NCBI GenBank assembly: GCA_000320545.1
Contig: ADNK01001594.1
Coordinates: 62,001 to 126,000, forward strand
Reading direction: 5' to 3'
Source: Bigelowiella natans CCMP2755
Lineage: Eukaryota > Protista > Cercozoa
DNA: 64,000 nucleotides
Shown here: piece by piece, positions 12,697 to 26,752 of the stretch
Numbering within the stretch: position 1 is the first letter of the stretch
Layout of the letters: the number at the start of each line of letters is the position of its first letter
The notes under the pieces: generated by a model
Databases searched by the model: none
What the model saw: the letters and a program-made list of their open reading frames with translations, nothing else
Told to the model about the DNA's origin: nothing
Program-made: the position numbers and the translations under genes

Positions 12697-13686
12697 ATGT
12701 CTCAAGAAAGCATGATGCAAGAAGACGGCAAGCTCGTCGGTCATGGAGGATGGGTTACCGCCCTTGCGACTTCTCATCGAGGTGGCCAGACTACTCTCGT
12801 TTCAGCTTCCCGCGACAAGTCTATGATCGTTTGGAGGATCAATGAGGATCGTGATGGCAAGGAGGATGAATACGGATCTATGCTTCGTAGGTTGAAGGGC
12901 CACAGCCACTTCGTTCAGGACGTAGCTATCTCCTCCGATGGCAACTATGCTCTTTCTGGATCTTGGGATAACACCCTTCGTGTTTGGAACCTCAACAATG
13001 GCGAGTGCACCATAAAGTTCCAAGCGGGACACACCAAGGATGTCCTCTCCGTTGCTTTCTCCGCAGACAACACATATATTATTTCCGGTTCCCGTGATAA
13101 GACCATTCGCCTGTGGAACACTCTTGGACACCTCAAGTACACACTCGATAAGGGGGGCCACGATGGATGGGTGAGCTGCGTCCGATTTTCCCCAGATCCT
13201 GAGAAGCCGCTGATCGTCTCCGCAGGATGGGATAAAGTCGTGAAGGTTTGGACTTCGGGATCATGGCTTCTCGAGAAAAATCTCATTGGACATACTGCCT
13301 ATGTGAACACTGTTACTGTTTCCCCTGATGGATCTCTCTGCGCATCCGGAGGGAAAGACGCAACTGCAATGCTTTGGGATCTCGCTGACGGAAAGCATCT
13401 TTCTTCCCTAGAAGCTGGCGACACTATCCACTCCCTTTGCTTCAGTCCTAACAGATACTGGCTTTGCGCTGCAACTGCTTCTGCTGTGAAGATCTGGTGC
13501 CTTGAAAGTAAGAAGGTTCTCGAAACCCTTGTTCCTAAGGAGGAGTCCGACAAGGACAAACCAAGCAAGAAAGCTGTACCAATTCAATGCATTTCCCTAG
13601 CTTGGAGCCCAGATGGAAACACACTCTTCGTTGGTTACACAGATAACACCATACGTGTGTGGACCGTAGTTTCAGAACCTGTTTAA
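12697..13686 (+). CDS. RACK1: RACK1 (receptor for activated C kinase 1, WD40 x7), intronless CDS
   Basis: [81 protein letters not shown]. Confidence 0.97.
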   Translation: MSQESMMQEDGKLVGHGGWVTALATSHRGGQTTLVSASRDKSMIVWRINEDRDGKEDEYGSMLRRLKGHSHFVQDVAISSDGNYALSGSWDNTLRVWNLNNGECTIKFQAGHTKDVLSVAFSADNTYIISGSRDKTIRLWNTLGHLKYTLDKGGHDGWVSCVRFSPDPEKPLIVSAGWDKVVKVWTSGSWLLEKNLIGHTAYVNTVTVSPDGSLCASGGKDATAMLWDLADGKHLSSLEAGDTIHSLCFSPNRYWLCAATASAVKIWCLESKKVLETLVPKEESDKDKPSKKAVPIQCISLAWSPDGNTLFVGYTDNTIRVWTVVSEPV

Positions 13687-15203
13687 GAGAATGATCTGTA
13701 GAGTTTTGAAGCTTAATGTCATACATCGTTTTCAAAAATAGATGAGTCAAACCTAAGAGTGTCAGAGCCGCATACGCATGAACATGTGTGACCACTCACA
13801 ATGACATACAAGTAAACACACGCGCGTGTACGACATCACAGCCAGGGCGCATGTAACATATACACTCCGCCTCGCTCGCAGGTACTTATTGCCAGCTGTC
13901 AGAATCTATTCACGTGTACAGGAATAATCGCGCCCGCGATGAGTAATGAAGCAGAATAAGCTTATCTAGTTATTGCCATGTGTGATGCAACAATGAATGA
14001 TCGTTTTAATGATTATCTGCATCGCCTTGCTAGCTTGCTCTAGCGCTGCTTGCTGCTATGTGCATGATGTACGCGTGTGTCTATCTGATGATGTCCAAAT
14101 GGCTCGCCGCAGACGGGCGATGCACACGTATGTACCTATCAGCTATATGTGTAGAGTTACGCGGCATGATGTAATCAAATCGATTTGTGAACGCAAGCAG
14201 GTCTAGAGGTGTTGCATCCGCCTAGCAGCACTTGTTCTAGCCTTTCCAACACTGTGTGTCTTTGGCAATTTGTCAATTCGGTGAATTGCAACACATATAC
14301 ACAATCATAGTGCTAGTCACCATGATGAGTCTATAGTCATGGAGGCTATATTGTCGCACGCAAGCAAAATCCCCGATGTTGTCAACAATGCATTCAAATT
14401 GTCTCTACTGCCTAGCAACATGTCGACGACAATGTGACTTGTGTTCACAATGTCAATGACAACATGACTTGCATTTGCACGACGTGTGTTTTGCTGAAAT
14501 CAATTAATTTATCAAAGCACATTTTTGTAGGTACATACATGCTGATGATTTTGAACAGACAGTGTCAATGAGAATCTCACATTGTCAACAGCTACACGTG
14601 TCATGTTGTTGACAACACATGTTCAGAACACGCACTGCTACAATGCAACACAGTGTCGACAGCACACGTTTTAAACTTGTAGTGCACTCACGAAAACGAC
14701 AAAATATCAAATTGTCATGATGTTGTCACGCTAGCTAGCTAGCTAGCTACGTAGCATACTGAATAATTAGCATTATTATTCATGCATGACATGTAGCTGC
14801 ACGCTGTGCAAAAGCGTTCGTACATACCAGATACACGCGCAGTAGCGCATCCATAGCATAGCGCATGCCGCATGTGTGGTTGTGGATCGCATCGGACACA
14901 ATCTAGCCATGCTACTGCTAGACAACGATCAACGATATGGACGCATAATATGGGTCCACAGACAGCATTGCGATGCATCAATTGATGCGGCTACGATACA
15001 GCTAGCGCGAACTCCATAATTCATGCGGAACTTTTGATGTTCAGCAACAAATGTAGCTGAAGTAGCTAGCCATGATGTTGATACAATATTTACGTATTCC
15101 ACCCATCGTGCGTGTTCGTAATCGTGCAGCTACTCACGACGCTGCAACACGACACAATGCACTTCTTCACTGTGTCAAATTTACAAATTACAGTGTGAAA
15201 GTT

Positions 15204-16521
15204 TTACATTAGAATACATCCGCAGGAGGATGCTCCACCACCATCATAGTCATCTATATATTCCTCTTGCCCTGCAGCTAGTGACGACTCTGGGTGAACG
15301 GAACTTATCGGTGAACTGGGTTTTCTCATTCGCGTCTTTCCAGCCTTTTCCCTCTCTGGCCTCGCCCTTGTCATATTTCCCATCCAATTCCACGCAGTTT
15401 CGCGGCGCTCCTTTTCCAGTATCCTTCTCGATCGCTCCCGAAGCATCTTCTTTTTCCGACTTTTCTTCATTCGTTCTGCCCTTCCTAGGTAGTCGACAAG
15501 ACGCTCGTTGCTCTTCTCTTCGGCCAGGTTACAAGCCGTTTTCCCATCATTATTCTCAATTAAGCAGTCGGCATTTGAATTAGCGATAAGGAAACGTACG
15601 ACTTCAAAGTTCTCATAATATGCAGCATACATCAGTGCCGTGCTGCCATCCAAGGTGCGCGCATTGACATCGGCCTTTGACTCAACTAAAATCTTCACCA
15701 GCTCCAGAATTCCTCCCTCAGAAGCTATGCTTAAAGCTGTGCACCTTTTTGTGAAAAGAAACGGAACGGTTTATAAGGGCGAGATCACTGGAAACTTGAA
15801 TAAAAGAACATGTGAAGATGAAATTCCACCATTATTACCCGTTTTTCTTTTTCGCATTCACGTTAGCCCTCGCTTTAAGGAGAAATTTAATTGTATCCTT
15901 CTCCTTCTGGAAGGCAGCGGCCATAAGTGCTGTGCTACCATCGGCACTCTCTGTATCGATATCGGCTTTACATTCTAAGAGCACCTCCATAACATCTACA
16001 TGGCCTCTTGACCCTGCCACCATAAGTGCTGATACCCCCTTTCGTGTTGGGGTGTTGACGTTAGCCTTTGCTTCCTCTAATAGATAATGAACAGTGTCAA
16101 CTTTTCCATGATAGCACGCTTCGGTGAGTGCAGTTCCCCCTTTCGAATTGCGCTTGTTAGCGCTAATCTTTCGCTTCCCAGATAAAGGCGTCAATAATTT
16201 TCTGAGCTTCTTTAATTTACCCTTTCCCGCATACTTGACGAGATCATTTGGGAGCTGAAATTATTTCATTAATCGTATCGTATCTTGTGAATTATTCATC
16301 GATAGTCTCAATGTTGAACTCAATTTTAAATGACACAGGTTATCGTTCCAAATGCACACCTGTCTCGGTTTATGTATGGAATCGTTCTAAAAAATGTAAA
16401 TCTTTGTCTGTTCATGAGAGTACTTATTTACCTTTTTTTTGCTTTCTCTTTTCCGAGAGCCACGTTTTTTCTTCTCGGCTAGTTCGATGAACTTCTTTGC
16501 CACTGCCTGAGGAAGAGGGAG

Positions 16522-16574
<53 letters not shown>

Positions 16575-16737
16575 AGATATTCCTGTTAGTGGCATAATTT
16601 TTTTCGGGAAAGTCTCTACAAACATTTGTGGAAACTCTACGAAACGAGAAGGTATTTCAGCGCGGCGAAAAATCTGCAATGTCACTTTTTACCCTCTTCT
16701 TTCCAGTACTTTTTACCACGCCTCTTGCGGTTAACAT
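15204..16737 (-). CDS. Ankyrin-repeat protein with C-terminal CaaX box (multi-exon; start tentative)
   Basis: Repeats GGTALTEACYHGKVDTVHYLL, GVSALMVAGSRGHVDVMEVLL, GSTALMAAAF, GSTALMYAAYY. Protein ends in SSCGCILM*. Confidence 0.85.
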
Positions 16738-17310
16738 GCCCAGTTCATACTATCCCCTTCAGCATTTGCGACGGCATTTAGGACATTCCACGGTGATATT
16801 TTTTTGACGAACTGCCGAGACTGTATGTGTACGGATACATATCATAAGGAGGAAACCTTTGCAGTTTCTAATTCGCAAACCTTTATTGAAGCATCATCGA
16901 CTCTATTTGGTCGCTCTTCAATCGCTTTCGTACTGATGAAATGGGACCTGCTACCACCTAATAAAAAAAAAACATTTCAATTAGGCGCCGCCCGAACAAC
17001 ATGTGTAATTACTCCTACTTTATTTACGCGAGCAAGGTTAATCGGAGGGGGCCATAGACCAGAGGTGTGCGTTACTACGTTAGCAGTGGTAGCAGGGCAA
17101 GTGGGAAATGCGTTCCCTCTATTTCCTTGTCGCGATATAAAATTACCCTTGTTTCTTTAGTTACTAATGGAAGAATTTGGTGATTGCCTACCGACAAAAG
17201 TGTCGTTCTTACTCTAATCCAGAATGTCGCAGTTGCAAAAAGGGTCCCATTTCTTTGTAAAAAGGACACCCACAAGTATTGAAACCATTCCTCAGTATTG
17301 TTCAACAGTA

Positions 17311-18542
17311 ATGGTGTACACGGTGCTCTCGTACGTCGCCTCTCTACTCTGCTTGCTCAAACCACCTTCTGCGTACGGGGTTTGGGTAGGAGAAGGCGGA
17401 AGAGAGATGCAGAGCTGGAAAAGGGGTAAAATTCTTACGTTTTCAGACGAAGTTTTCGTTTATTTTCACGAAAGGCCATGCTCAGGAGACGACCTGCTGA
17501 CGAAGCATCCGAACCCTACAAAGTACATCATTGTTACAACCCCGCGCTCTGGATCCACTTGGCTAAGTAAAACTCGAAATTTGCTGAGTAAGATACGAAT
17601 AAGCTAGCAACAATCCATGACTTGCATGTAGGCGAGATGATGAATTCCCATCCTCAAGTGGAAAACTACTTCGAGATCATCAATAAGCATCGTATGGTAC
17701 ATATCGCGCGACAGAAAGTGAACTCAGAAATGATCCAGAGGTAAGAATAGCGAAGAGTAAACCCTATGTACAAGAAGATACCATCGTCGTTGCGTAGAGT
17801 GAAGTTGGTGTTCTTGATAGATTCATGAGCAACACCTCCGACACTACCGCAAGATACGACACCCACTCGAAATGGGAAGAAATGCTTGACGTCTGCTTCG
17901 AGAAACCGGCCAATCCAAGGGTGATGGCAAAATATGTATAGTAGATCAGAATAAGTTGCATACTTACTGCGAAGTTGTGCAAAATGATCATGTTGAGGTG
18001 AAATTTGTTGGATTTAAGTGGCATTTATTCCAAATGTTCAGGTGAAAGCCGTTGGATTCAAGTGGCATTTATTCCAAATGCCTAAACATTTGGATCAAGT
18101 TATGAACTATCTCAATAAGAACGACGTCAAAGTCATCGTTCTTCGTAAGATCAGACCCTATACTACACTTTGGCAATAACTTTAGAATGTGATACATATT
18201 GCGCTGACCTCTGTTTCTCCTGCTGCTTGTTGCTGCTACTGCTGCTGCTGGTGGTGGTGGTGGTGCTGGTACTATATTTCTCCCGTCTCGTTTCCTATAG
18301 TTGTCCTCCCCTCGCTTCTGAAATTGCCACTATCATCACATATATATGGTACATAGATCGGGAGAACTATCTTCGTCAGGCAATTTCAGCATACTTCAAA
18401 AATGTCGTAAGAACTAAATACAACTTCAGGGATACGGTATTTGAATATGCCTGTTGCTGTTAGAACACCTTAGAAATGGTGATGAGACAATGAGATTAAG
18501 AAATTATATCCTTTCTATCTCTTCCTTTCTATCATCTTCCTG

Positions 18543-18591
<49 letters not shown>

Positions 18592-19389
18592 TGTGTGTGT
18601 GTGTGTGTGAAAATGAAACAGGAGAAAGCTCCCAAGATGATAGCCCAAGATATCTCTGTGGAATTCTTCGAAAAATACCTTAAATTGTGCCACCACATTC
18701 TTCCCTAATTCTCTCTGACATTCTGAATCCGAGCACCACCTCGTTAAAACTCATTTCTTGTTGTAATTTGATATTTACTTTCAAAAAGGTACAAGGCTGA
18801 GGCCAAAGTTTTGGAGAACGTCGCAGCTACTGCAAAATATAGCCACTTCGTCGTATATGAGGTAATACAATATGACAGATGATGTTGGTTGTAGCTCAAG
18901 ATATATCGATGAAGCATGATAGCGATGATGAGGAAGGAAGAATGGGGATAAATCTATGTAAGATTGATAACTAGTGACATTAATTTGCGTCTTTCCAACC
19001 CCTTCTTACTTACCGCCTATCGTTCTCTTTCAGGAGATAGTGAAACATCCACTCAAGCACCTCAAAGCCATCGAGATGTTTTTTGGGGTTGATGAACATG
19101 TAGACGAAGTGTTGTCGGATACAAACGGGTTCCAGAAGTTGCATCAAGGTTAGACGCCTTTTAGTGAAATATGCGAGTCATTCGAGACAGTGATTCACAT
19201 GAGATTAAAGTGAATTCTAAACGACGCGACTATACTTCTTCTCCTATATTTCCAGGTCCAATCGAGTCTATGGTGACGAACTGGCAGCAAAAGAAAGAAA
19301 TTCTTCTGAAGGGAGAATTCAAAGATAGTATATTAAAATGGGACACCACAGACGATTCGACCACATCAACTGGAATAACACGATTGTAG
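17311..19389 (+). CDS. Sulfotransferase (Stf0/P-loop type) with N-terminal signal/anchor, multi-exon
   Basis: PAPS-binding motif YIIVTTPRSGSTWL. Also VKAVGFKW, VKVIVLR/RENYLRQAIS, VVYE and KLHQGPIESMVTNW. Confidence 0.8.
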
Positions 19390-19403
19390 GGTGGTATTAG
19401 CTA

Positions 19404-19518
19404 AACCATAGCAGTAGCCTCAGCAAAAATAAATTAGTTTAATTTAACCATAGCAGTAGCCTCAGAAAAGAAAAAAAAATTAAAATGTGAGATGGAAGCC
19501 TCAGCCAAAAAAAATAAA
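19404..19518 (+). repeat. Direct repeat AACCATAGCAGTAGCCTCAG plus A-rich tail (2 full copies, 1 partial)
   Basis: Copies at 19404-19423 and 19446-19465, partial AGCCTCAG at 19497-19504. Each is followed by an A-run. Confidence 0.85.
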
Positions 19519-20143
19519 CAAAGCAAAGTTACATCATATAGCATGTGTGGATCTGTGCGCTTGTCACACAGTATCAACGTAAGTTCTACATCTAGAGCGA
19601 GCTGCACAGTCGCATTTATGCCCAATGCGAATATTGCATCGCATTGGCTACACGATACACTCAGCATGGCGCTTCGCCTAGATGAATCTACATTGCATGT
19701 AGGCGCAATGTGATGCTCAATATGCTCGCATTGACTACATACAGCATGCTGCTCCATTTCTAGATTTTGTGTTAGTTACTCGCTGTATATCCTATGTCTA
19801 GTAGTATTGTGCGCAAAACGTACGCACGTCGTCGTGTGTCCCGCTACTACTAAAAGTGACATCGCACACATAGCGCTTGTTGAGTGCATCTTCGAAGTCG
19901 ACGACACTGATAATTAGCTTCATAACATCTGTGACACATTCTTCAAGAGCACACACATGATAAGATGGTGAGTCACGCCTAATAAATGCGCGCACATGGT
20001 GTATTAATTAGCAACTTAATCTTCTTCACATCGTTCATATGGCATTGTACATGTAAATCAGCCACATACATCGTCGCACCATATCTCTTCATCATTGTTT
20101 TTGAAGTAATGCCCGATATTACGCACTGCAACTCTTAATTCAT

Positions 20144-20783
20144 CTACGTATTAAAATTCTGTAATATGTATGGTTTTGCGAAAAAACCACCTAATCCAGC
20201 AAGAGTTGTTAGTACAAGGCCTAACGTCAGCATAATTAGCTGAGTTTCCGGAGATTCTCGTCTGAAAAGCCTGAAAATAAGAATATACGACGAATACATC
20301 AAGCTTAGGAATAAGTTGCTTTTATGTAGAAGAAAAACCGTGTTTACAGCATTCACTATGTGGTAACACCGACAAGCAAAAAATAGATACACATTTCTAC
20401 GATCAACCTTGTGCCTATCCCAAACGCCCAGTTGCTCTCGGTGAAGATCATGGAGGGAATAGCGCTCACATTGTTCGACCATGCCTCTCCACCACGCACA
20501 TACCACTTATCCTTTAAGCAGCAGCAGAAGGAACGACAAGTGTATCATGGATGGATCGATGGATATAAAGCAGTGTGTGATATTTACTGCTACTACAACT
20601 ACTTCTACTACTATTGTTTCTATTACTACTCCTCTATCAGCACCTTTGCGTAGTCAAACTCGATTACAGGGTCCACGGCGTCATGGTAGCTGTGTGATTA
20701 TCACTATCATCATCGTCAAAGTTGGGTGTTTAATAGTGATTGTTCGTCGCTCAGAACCACCAATTTGAACTTGAACGAAGAGG

Positions 20784-20825
<42 letters not shown>

Positions 20826-22598
20826 ATATAGTGCTTCTGGTGGTGTAACTGATGATGATGATGATGATGATGATAGGTGATAGGTGATAGGTGATAGGTG
20901 ATAGATGACTCACGCAGCTCCAAAGCCATTGGCTTCTATCAACATCTTTGCAAGATAGCTGTGTAGAAACGCTGGAAACCCCCCTATTCTCGGTGGATCC
21001 ACCAGCAAGAACACACTCGTGTAGTGATTTGTAAGGTCATCACTTTGGAACGTTGATGATGATGAATCATCGCCCATGATACTAATAAATTGATTCATAA
21101 GTCACACACCTCGATATGATATCATTCGTGGTTTGCTTGTTATCTATTTCTATATATCCTGGGGCGTCATCATCCATGCACAAACGCTGCAAAAATCTGT
21201 CTATCGCCTTCAACCACGATTCTCTAGCCTCCCTTCTCTCCTTCCACTTTCTCCATTTTGGTGTGCTTTCACAACAACAACAACTACTACTACTACTTCT
21301 GTCTCCTGTAATAAGTGACACTTAGGGCCACGAATAACGCACCTCTTAGCACATTCTCTGCCATTCTCCTGATCTTGTGTGAAGCAATCAAAAAGCTGTA
21401 TGATGTGCTCACAGTCCACCTCGCTGTCTATGGCCCCAAGGCAGCCTGACACGTTTGCGCTCTCCCCTCCCCCAGCAGCGCCGTACAGCAAACGTGCTAC
21501 GGATCTAGCAACATCACAGAGCTGCAGACGCTGTGAAGCTGTGATATTGGTGTCGTACCTACCATAAATGATTGTTATGAGCTTACAAGCACTATTATTT
21601 CACACACACACTCCCACACACACACACACGCGCGCTCTTACCGTGATAGAAAGAAAGGATCCTTGAAAGAGCTGTTAGAATCTGAGATATGAATAGCGCC
21701 AACGTCCATCGACGGCGGCATCATCTCCAGGAAAGACGGAATACTACCCACAGCAACAATCGCGACAGAGAAGAGAGAAGCATGATAAGAAGTAGCTTTT
21801 ACTGCTGCAATGAGCTAGAGTTTGGTCTGCAAAGAAGGCTATCTACTTTTGTATATACGAAAATCATCATCATCCTTATCATCATCATCATCATCATCAT
21901 ATTATTATTATTATTATTATTATTATCAATCAATATTGAACGATAACAACACGGGAGATAAGCAGCACGTATTACACTATTGAACGTGGAAGAGGAAAGA
22001 GGCAAAGAGTCCTACTACCTTGAGGGAGGGAGGGATCTGAGACTAGCGTCTGGAGTTGTGAAATTGAGCGGTATTGATGATGATGATGAGGAGGAGGAGG
22101 AGGAGAGGTTCAGAGCAAGCTGCTGCAAGTTTTCCGAGGCGATTTTGTCGTTTGACCGCAGATGAGAGCGATGAACGAATACGTCATTTCCCCCTCCCCT
22201 TCCGTCGTTTCCTATCGACCCAATGGCACCCACCTGATATCAGTAGGTGAAGAAGGAGATGTTCATCAGTGATTAGTTCTGCGACGACCTGATGCTACTA
22301 CTACTACTACTACTACCACCTACAGCTGCTGTTACCTCGATGATTGAGTCTATTTGAGTCAAGTTGATGTTGGTGAAAAGTGTACTGGGCTTGTACGGCC
22401 TCACGCACATATCCGAATACTTATGAGAAGGCTGCTCACACTGAAGCCCTACTTTCAAATCCTTTGCGAAACGGCGAGATCCAACATACCTTGGTCATCA
22501 CCATTATGATAATTAGTAGTACAAAAGGAGGAGGAGGAGGAGGAGGAGGAGGAGGAGGAGGAAGCAATCAATCTCTCAATCACACGCCCTACATAGCG

Positions 22599-22632
<34 letters not shown>

Positions 22633-22716
22633 AATTCCCCCTGCATATCGTCATCATCGTCTTCATCATCATCGTGACTGTTTGGGCAATTCGTCCTCGT
22701 CGTCTCTTCTTCTTCT

Positions 22717-22749
<33 letters not shown>

Positions 22750-23109
22750 CCAACTTCTCCCCACCCCCCCTCCTCCTCCTCTGCATGCATGCATGGAGTC
22801 ATTGACCAACCCAAATTGCTCCCCCTGTAGAATGGCTACCATGATCTTCTTCTCAACCTTATAATGCCATAAATGGAATCGACTTGAGTAAGTGAGAAGA
22901 GGAAGAGGAGGAGGACATGGCTAATAAGCTACAAGGAAACGTTGATACCACTCGTTGTATTACAGCACGCACCTGATCCAAGGACAAGCAGGACGAAGAC
23001 GAAGAGGAGGAGGAGGAGGCGAGAGAAGAGTTGAACTGATTCAGTGCCTTCACCGCTCCCAACAAGGCCACCAGCCCAGATTGGTAGAAGTTCGCTCCGA
23101 CAGCTGATG

Positions 23110-23141
<32 letters not shown>

Positions 23142-25122
23142 GACGAGCAGGATGAGTGAGTATCATGATACTAACTCCATTCATGATTGTAAGCTTGGAA
23201 GTCAATATTAAAATGGATTTCAGGCCAACATATCCACTATAAATAGTTGTTTAAGAAATGCGTTGCTACTATTTGATGTAGCGCCCAGGACAATCACCAC
23301 GTAAATGCTCATGCATAGCGAAGAAAACAGGCATATTCATCTCCGTTCTTCAAGTTTTCAAGGAATGATTCTATCGAGACAGCACGCAAATAACGACGAC
23401 GACTAAGACGATGGCAGTATACCCATATCGTGGAAGAGAGCGGAAGAGTCCATCATTGCTATTGACCACAACAACTATCATTATCATCGTCATCATCATC
23501 ATCATCATCATCATCAACAACAACATCTTCAAACCATGCTTGATGATAATGTGGCATCATCTCCTACTAGGTCACTGAGGAGGGGAGGGGGAGGAGGAGG
23601 GGGCGGATGTTGCATCAGAACCCCTCACAGCATGACACCGTTGAGAAGACTGCAAACACCGTCCTCCTCCTCCTCCTCCTCCTCCTCCTCCTCCTCCGTT
23701 GACTCTCTACTAGACTATCATGGTATTACCTGTAGCAAGGACAACTTTGCGATTACTCGTAGCGTTCAATCTAGAAGGAGAAGGGGGCAATGGAGAAGGG
23801 GCGGGAGGGATGATGAGAAAGACCTCTCCATCAGCTAGCTACTGGGAGATGATGATAATAAACGATATTATTATTCGGTAGTAGATCGAAGCACTGACAG
23901 AAGATGACGGGATGGATGATGATGATGCTGATAATGATAATAATAATGATGCTGACGGTAGAATATATTACTAAATGCCGGAATAAACAAACGATGACGA
24001 CGACGACGACCGAATGATCCAACACACTAATGTAAACAATTCTCTGGTTTTAAGGTGGAAACCCATATAACACCAACAACACCACATGTTCTCAGTAGTT
24101 ACCTGTCCAACGTCGTCCACACACTGAAGCCCCCCACCGGCAAACAAGTGGCTCTTTTTAGGCAGTCTAATAAATATTAGTAATTGTTGTTTGTCACGCA
24201 TCATTCACACATTCATCCTCGCCATATTGCCCAGGCAACTCCTCCTCAGTAATATCACCGTGCTCGTATCATATGGTAACCTCTCTCATTAATATGATCT
24301 TCGTGTTTTTATATATCGCCTTACATTGACTAAATCTAATGCATCATTCACGCGGTTACTATTTATTATTACCAATGGAGTTTCCGTTAGCGTACATCGG
24401 GTAGTTGAACTCTGCGACAAATGCTTGAAAGTCTCCCTGTAAATTATATTGGATTGGATATTTTTATGGTGGGCATGATGGTGCTGACGGTATCATTAAA
24501 AGTAAAAGAAGAAGAAGAAGAAGAAGAAGAAGTAAAGGGGAAAGGAGGAGGAAGAGGAGGGGACTGCTACTGCTACTACATTACATTTTTTGCGCTTTGC
24601 TCGTTGTCCTTGGCCTTCTCGTACACCTCCTCAGAACCCTGTTTATCAGCAACTACTATTCCGAAACCGTACCTACCAATATAGTCATTAGTAATATGGT
24701 TGGTGGTGGTGATGGTGATAACAACTGATATTAGTAAGGGGAAAACAACTGCAGAATTCTTTCTCTCTTGCTTTTACCTTTGGTGTATTATGGGGTCGAC
24801 ATGGCCTTGTAAGTTCCACTCGTGCAAATTCTGACCCCGAATCTAACCAAATAACAGCCACAAAAGCAGTCAGAACGCGCCAGGGTTAAAGAAGAGCGAG
24901 AAGGACGATATGATACTTTCATGTTATATGTTACGTCGTCGTCCTCGCGCGTGAATGTGTGATTCATCAGCTATCTATCTTCTCCTCGCCATCACTACTT
25001 ACTTACTACTACCTTGGCCATGAAGGATTGCGGAGTTTTCTCATCAGGTGAATATGCGGTAGGAGTGTCGCCGATGGTCAGAACCAATATGCCAGCCAGA
25101 TCCATCGTAGCTCTTCGAGGAG

Positions 25123-25174
<52 letters not shown>

Positions 25175-25364
25175 CCAGAGAACAACAACAAGAAGTAGAA
25201 GAAGTGAAAACAAAACAGTTATTAAATTATGCACTTGATTACAACCCTGGTTAATATCTTCGCCGCCATTGACTTTGTTAGAAAATATCACCGTAATTCG
25301 TCCACGACAGATTTGTTGAATAGAGCCTGGGGCACCTGCAAATAATTAGTCACAGCCAGAAAGG

Positions 25365-25431
<67 letters not shown>

Positions 25432-25990
25432 GTTTGTTGCCGAAATAAGTTATGCGAAGACATCAATTTTAGAATTCGAGAAGGAAAAGCACGCCCCCCG
25501 TCCTTTCGGTGAATAACCTCTACTTCCACTGATCCCTCCCTTTCATTACATTGACTCCTCCTTCGGAATAATATACATAATTTTAAAGTACCGCTACAGC
25601 AACTTTTCCATCTGGAGGAGACGATAGCACCGCTTGAAAGTCATTGTCGTACAACCTCAAGGTTCCCTCTACACGTCCATCGGCTAAATGTTATATGTGT
25701 GTATATTATTTATAATCATACGTGTTTTTAGTTATTAGTCAGAAAGTGGATTTGAATTGCAGTTCCGTACTGCTGCATCCAATCTCGCCGTTCTTGGTGA
25801 GGAGACGTACACACGGCACCGACACGAGGTCAGAGTACATGGCATTGTAGATCTTATCGCAACCACCTGTATTAAGATGATGGATGGAGAAAATAATGTG
25901 TAATTGATGCAAAGCAGCACACAAATCACCGGTACCAAAAGGCGGTTGTAGGAGCAGCAACAGCAGGGCAGCAAGGACAGAAGATCCCAT
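20144..25990 (-). CDS. NCSTN: Nicastrin (gamma-secretase subunit), multi-exon
   Basis: Signal peptide, then PCVRLLTKNGEIGCSS, VGANFYQSGLVALLGAVKAL, LQGEQFG/YVGSRRFAKDL, LPPS and FTESNW, followed by RLFRRESPETQLIMLTLGLVLT (TM segment) and a short tail. Confidence 0.85.
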
Positions 25991-26752
25991 GTTGTAATCC
26001 CGTGCTCTTTAGGGTTTATTTCCTCGTCCTTCGTGAGCTTAGATGTTGTTGTGTTGCGGGGGGAGAAGATCTCCACGTACTCCAACTCACTTCTACACAC
26101 GTCAGAATTACGGATAAATTTATCGAATATATGTCGTTTTACCCCTACGACATCGAAATCATGACGTCTCAGAATTTTATTCGATCAAGCCCAGCTGTAT
26201 CGAAACTTATAGTTGGTAATTCCTCGCATAAATTATGGACTAAATATATTTATTGTTGGTCGGTTGTTGCCAAGCAAGCAATCCAAGCTGTTTTTTGAGG
26301 TAGATTTACATCGAAGAGACATCCTAAAGAAGAAAGATCGAAGAAGAAGAGGAGAAGAAAAAGCATGAGGAGGAGAGTTTCATCTAAGAAACTTCTGAAT
26401 ATTGTGTCGCAGCAATTAAATTCCCCTGTATTTCCCTTCAACTTTCGGAATCACCGGCCCACTCCTCTGCATGAGGAGGACACAAATCGGAAACAGCTAG
26501 TTGATCATCCTTCCTTCCGCCGCCATTCTTCCTACCCGCCTCCCACCAGGGTAAACTCACCTGCTCGTTCAAAACTGCGCAGATAGCCATAAACATAAGA
26601 TGCATACTCTATGAAGAGTGGGTTGGATAGTGATAAAACAACGATGATGCTATTTCCCATCTTCGTCAATGCTCCAACGGTGGTGTGCAGAATTACATCA
26701 AAATTTTGTTTGAATTAAAACTGAAGGTCTTTTTCTGCTCGGGGGAGAGACA

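Noticed and set aside
13750-15190. Ordinary CpG-methylation decay as the explanation of spacer composition
   Set aside because: CG is present at about the expected frequency; the missing dinucleotides are CC/GG.
19404-19518. CRISPR-like repeat-spacer pattern
   Set aside because: Only two full 20-bp copies with A-rich spacers, eukaryotic context, and no cas genes.
20871-20904. (GATAGGT)n as interstitial telomere
   Set aside because: Short intronic 7-mer array among many SSRs that does not match TTAGGG-type repeats.
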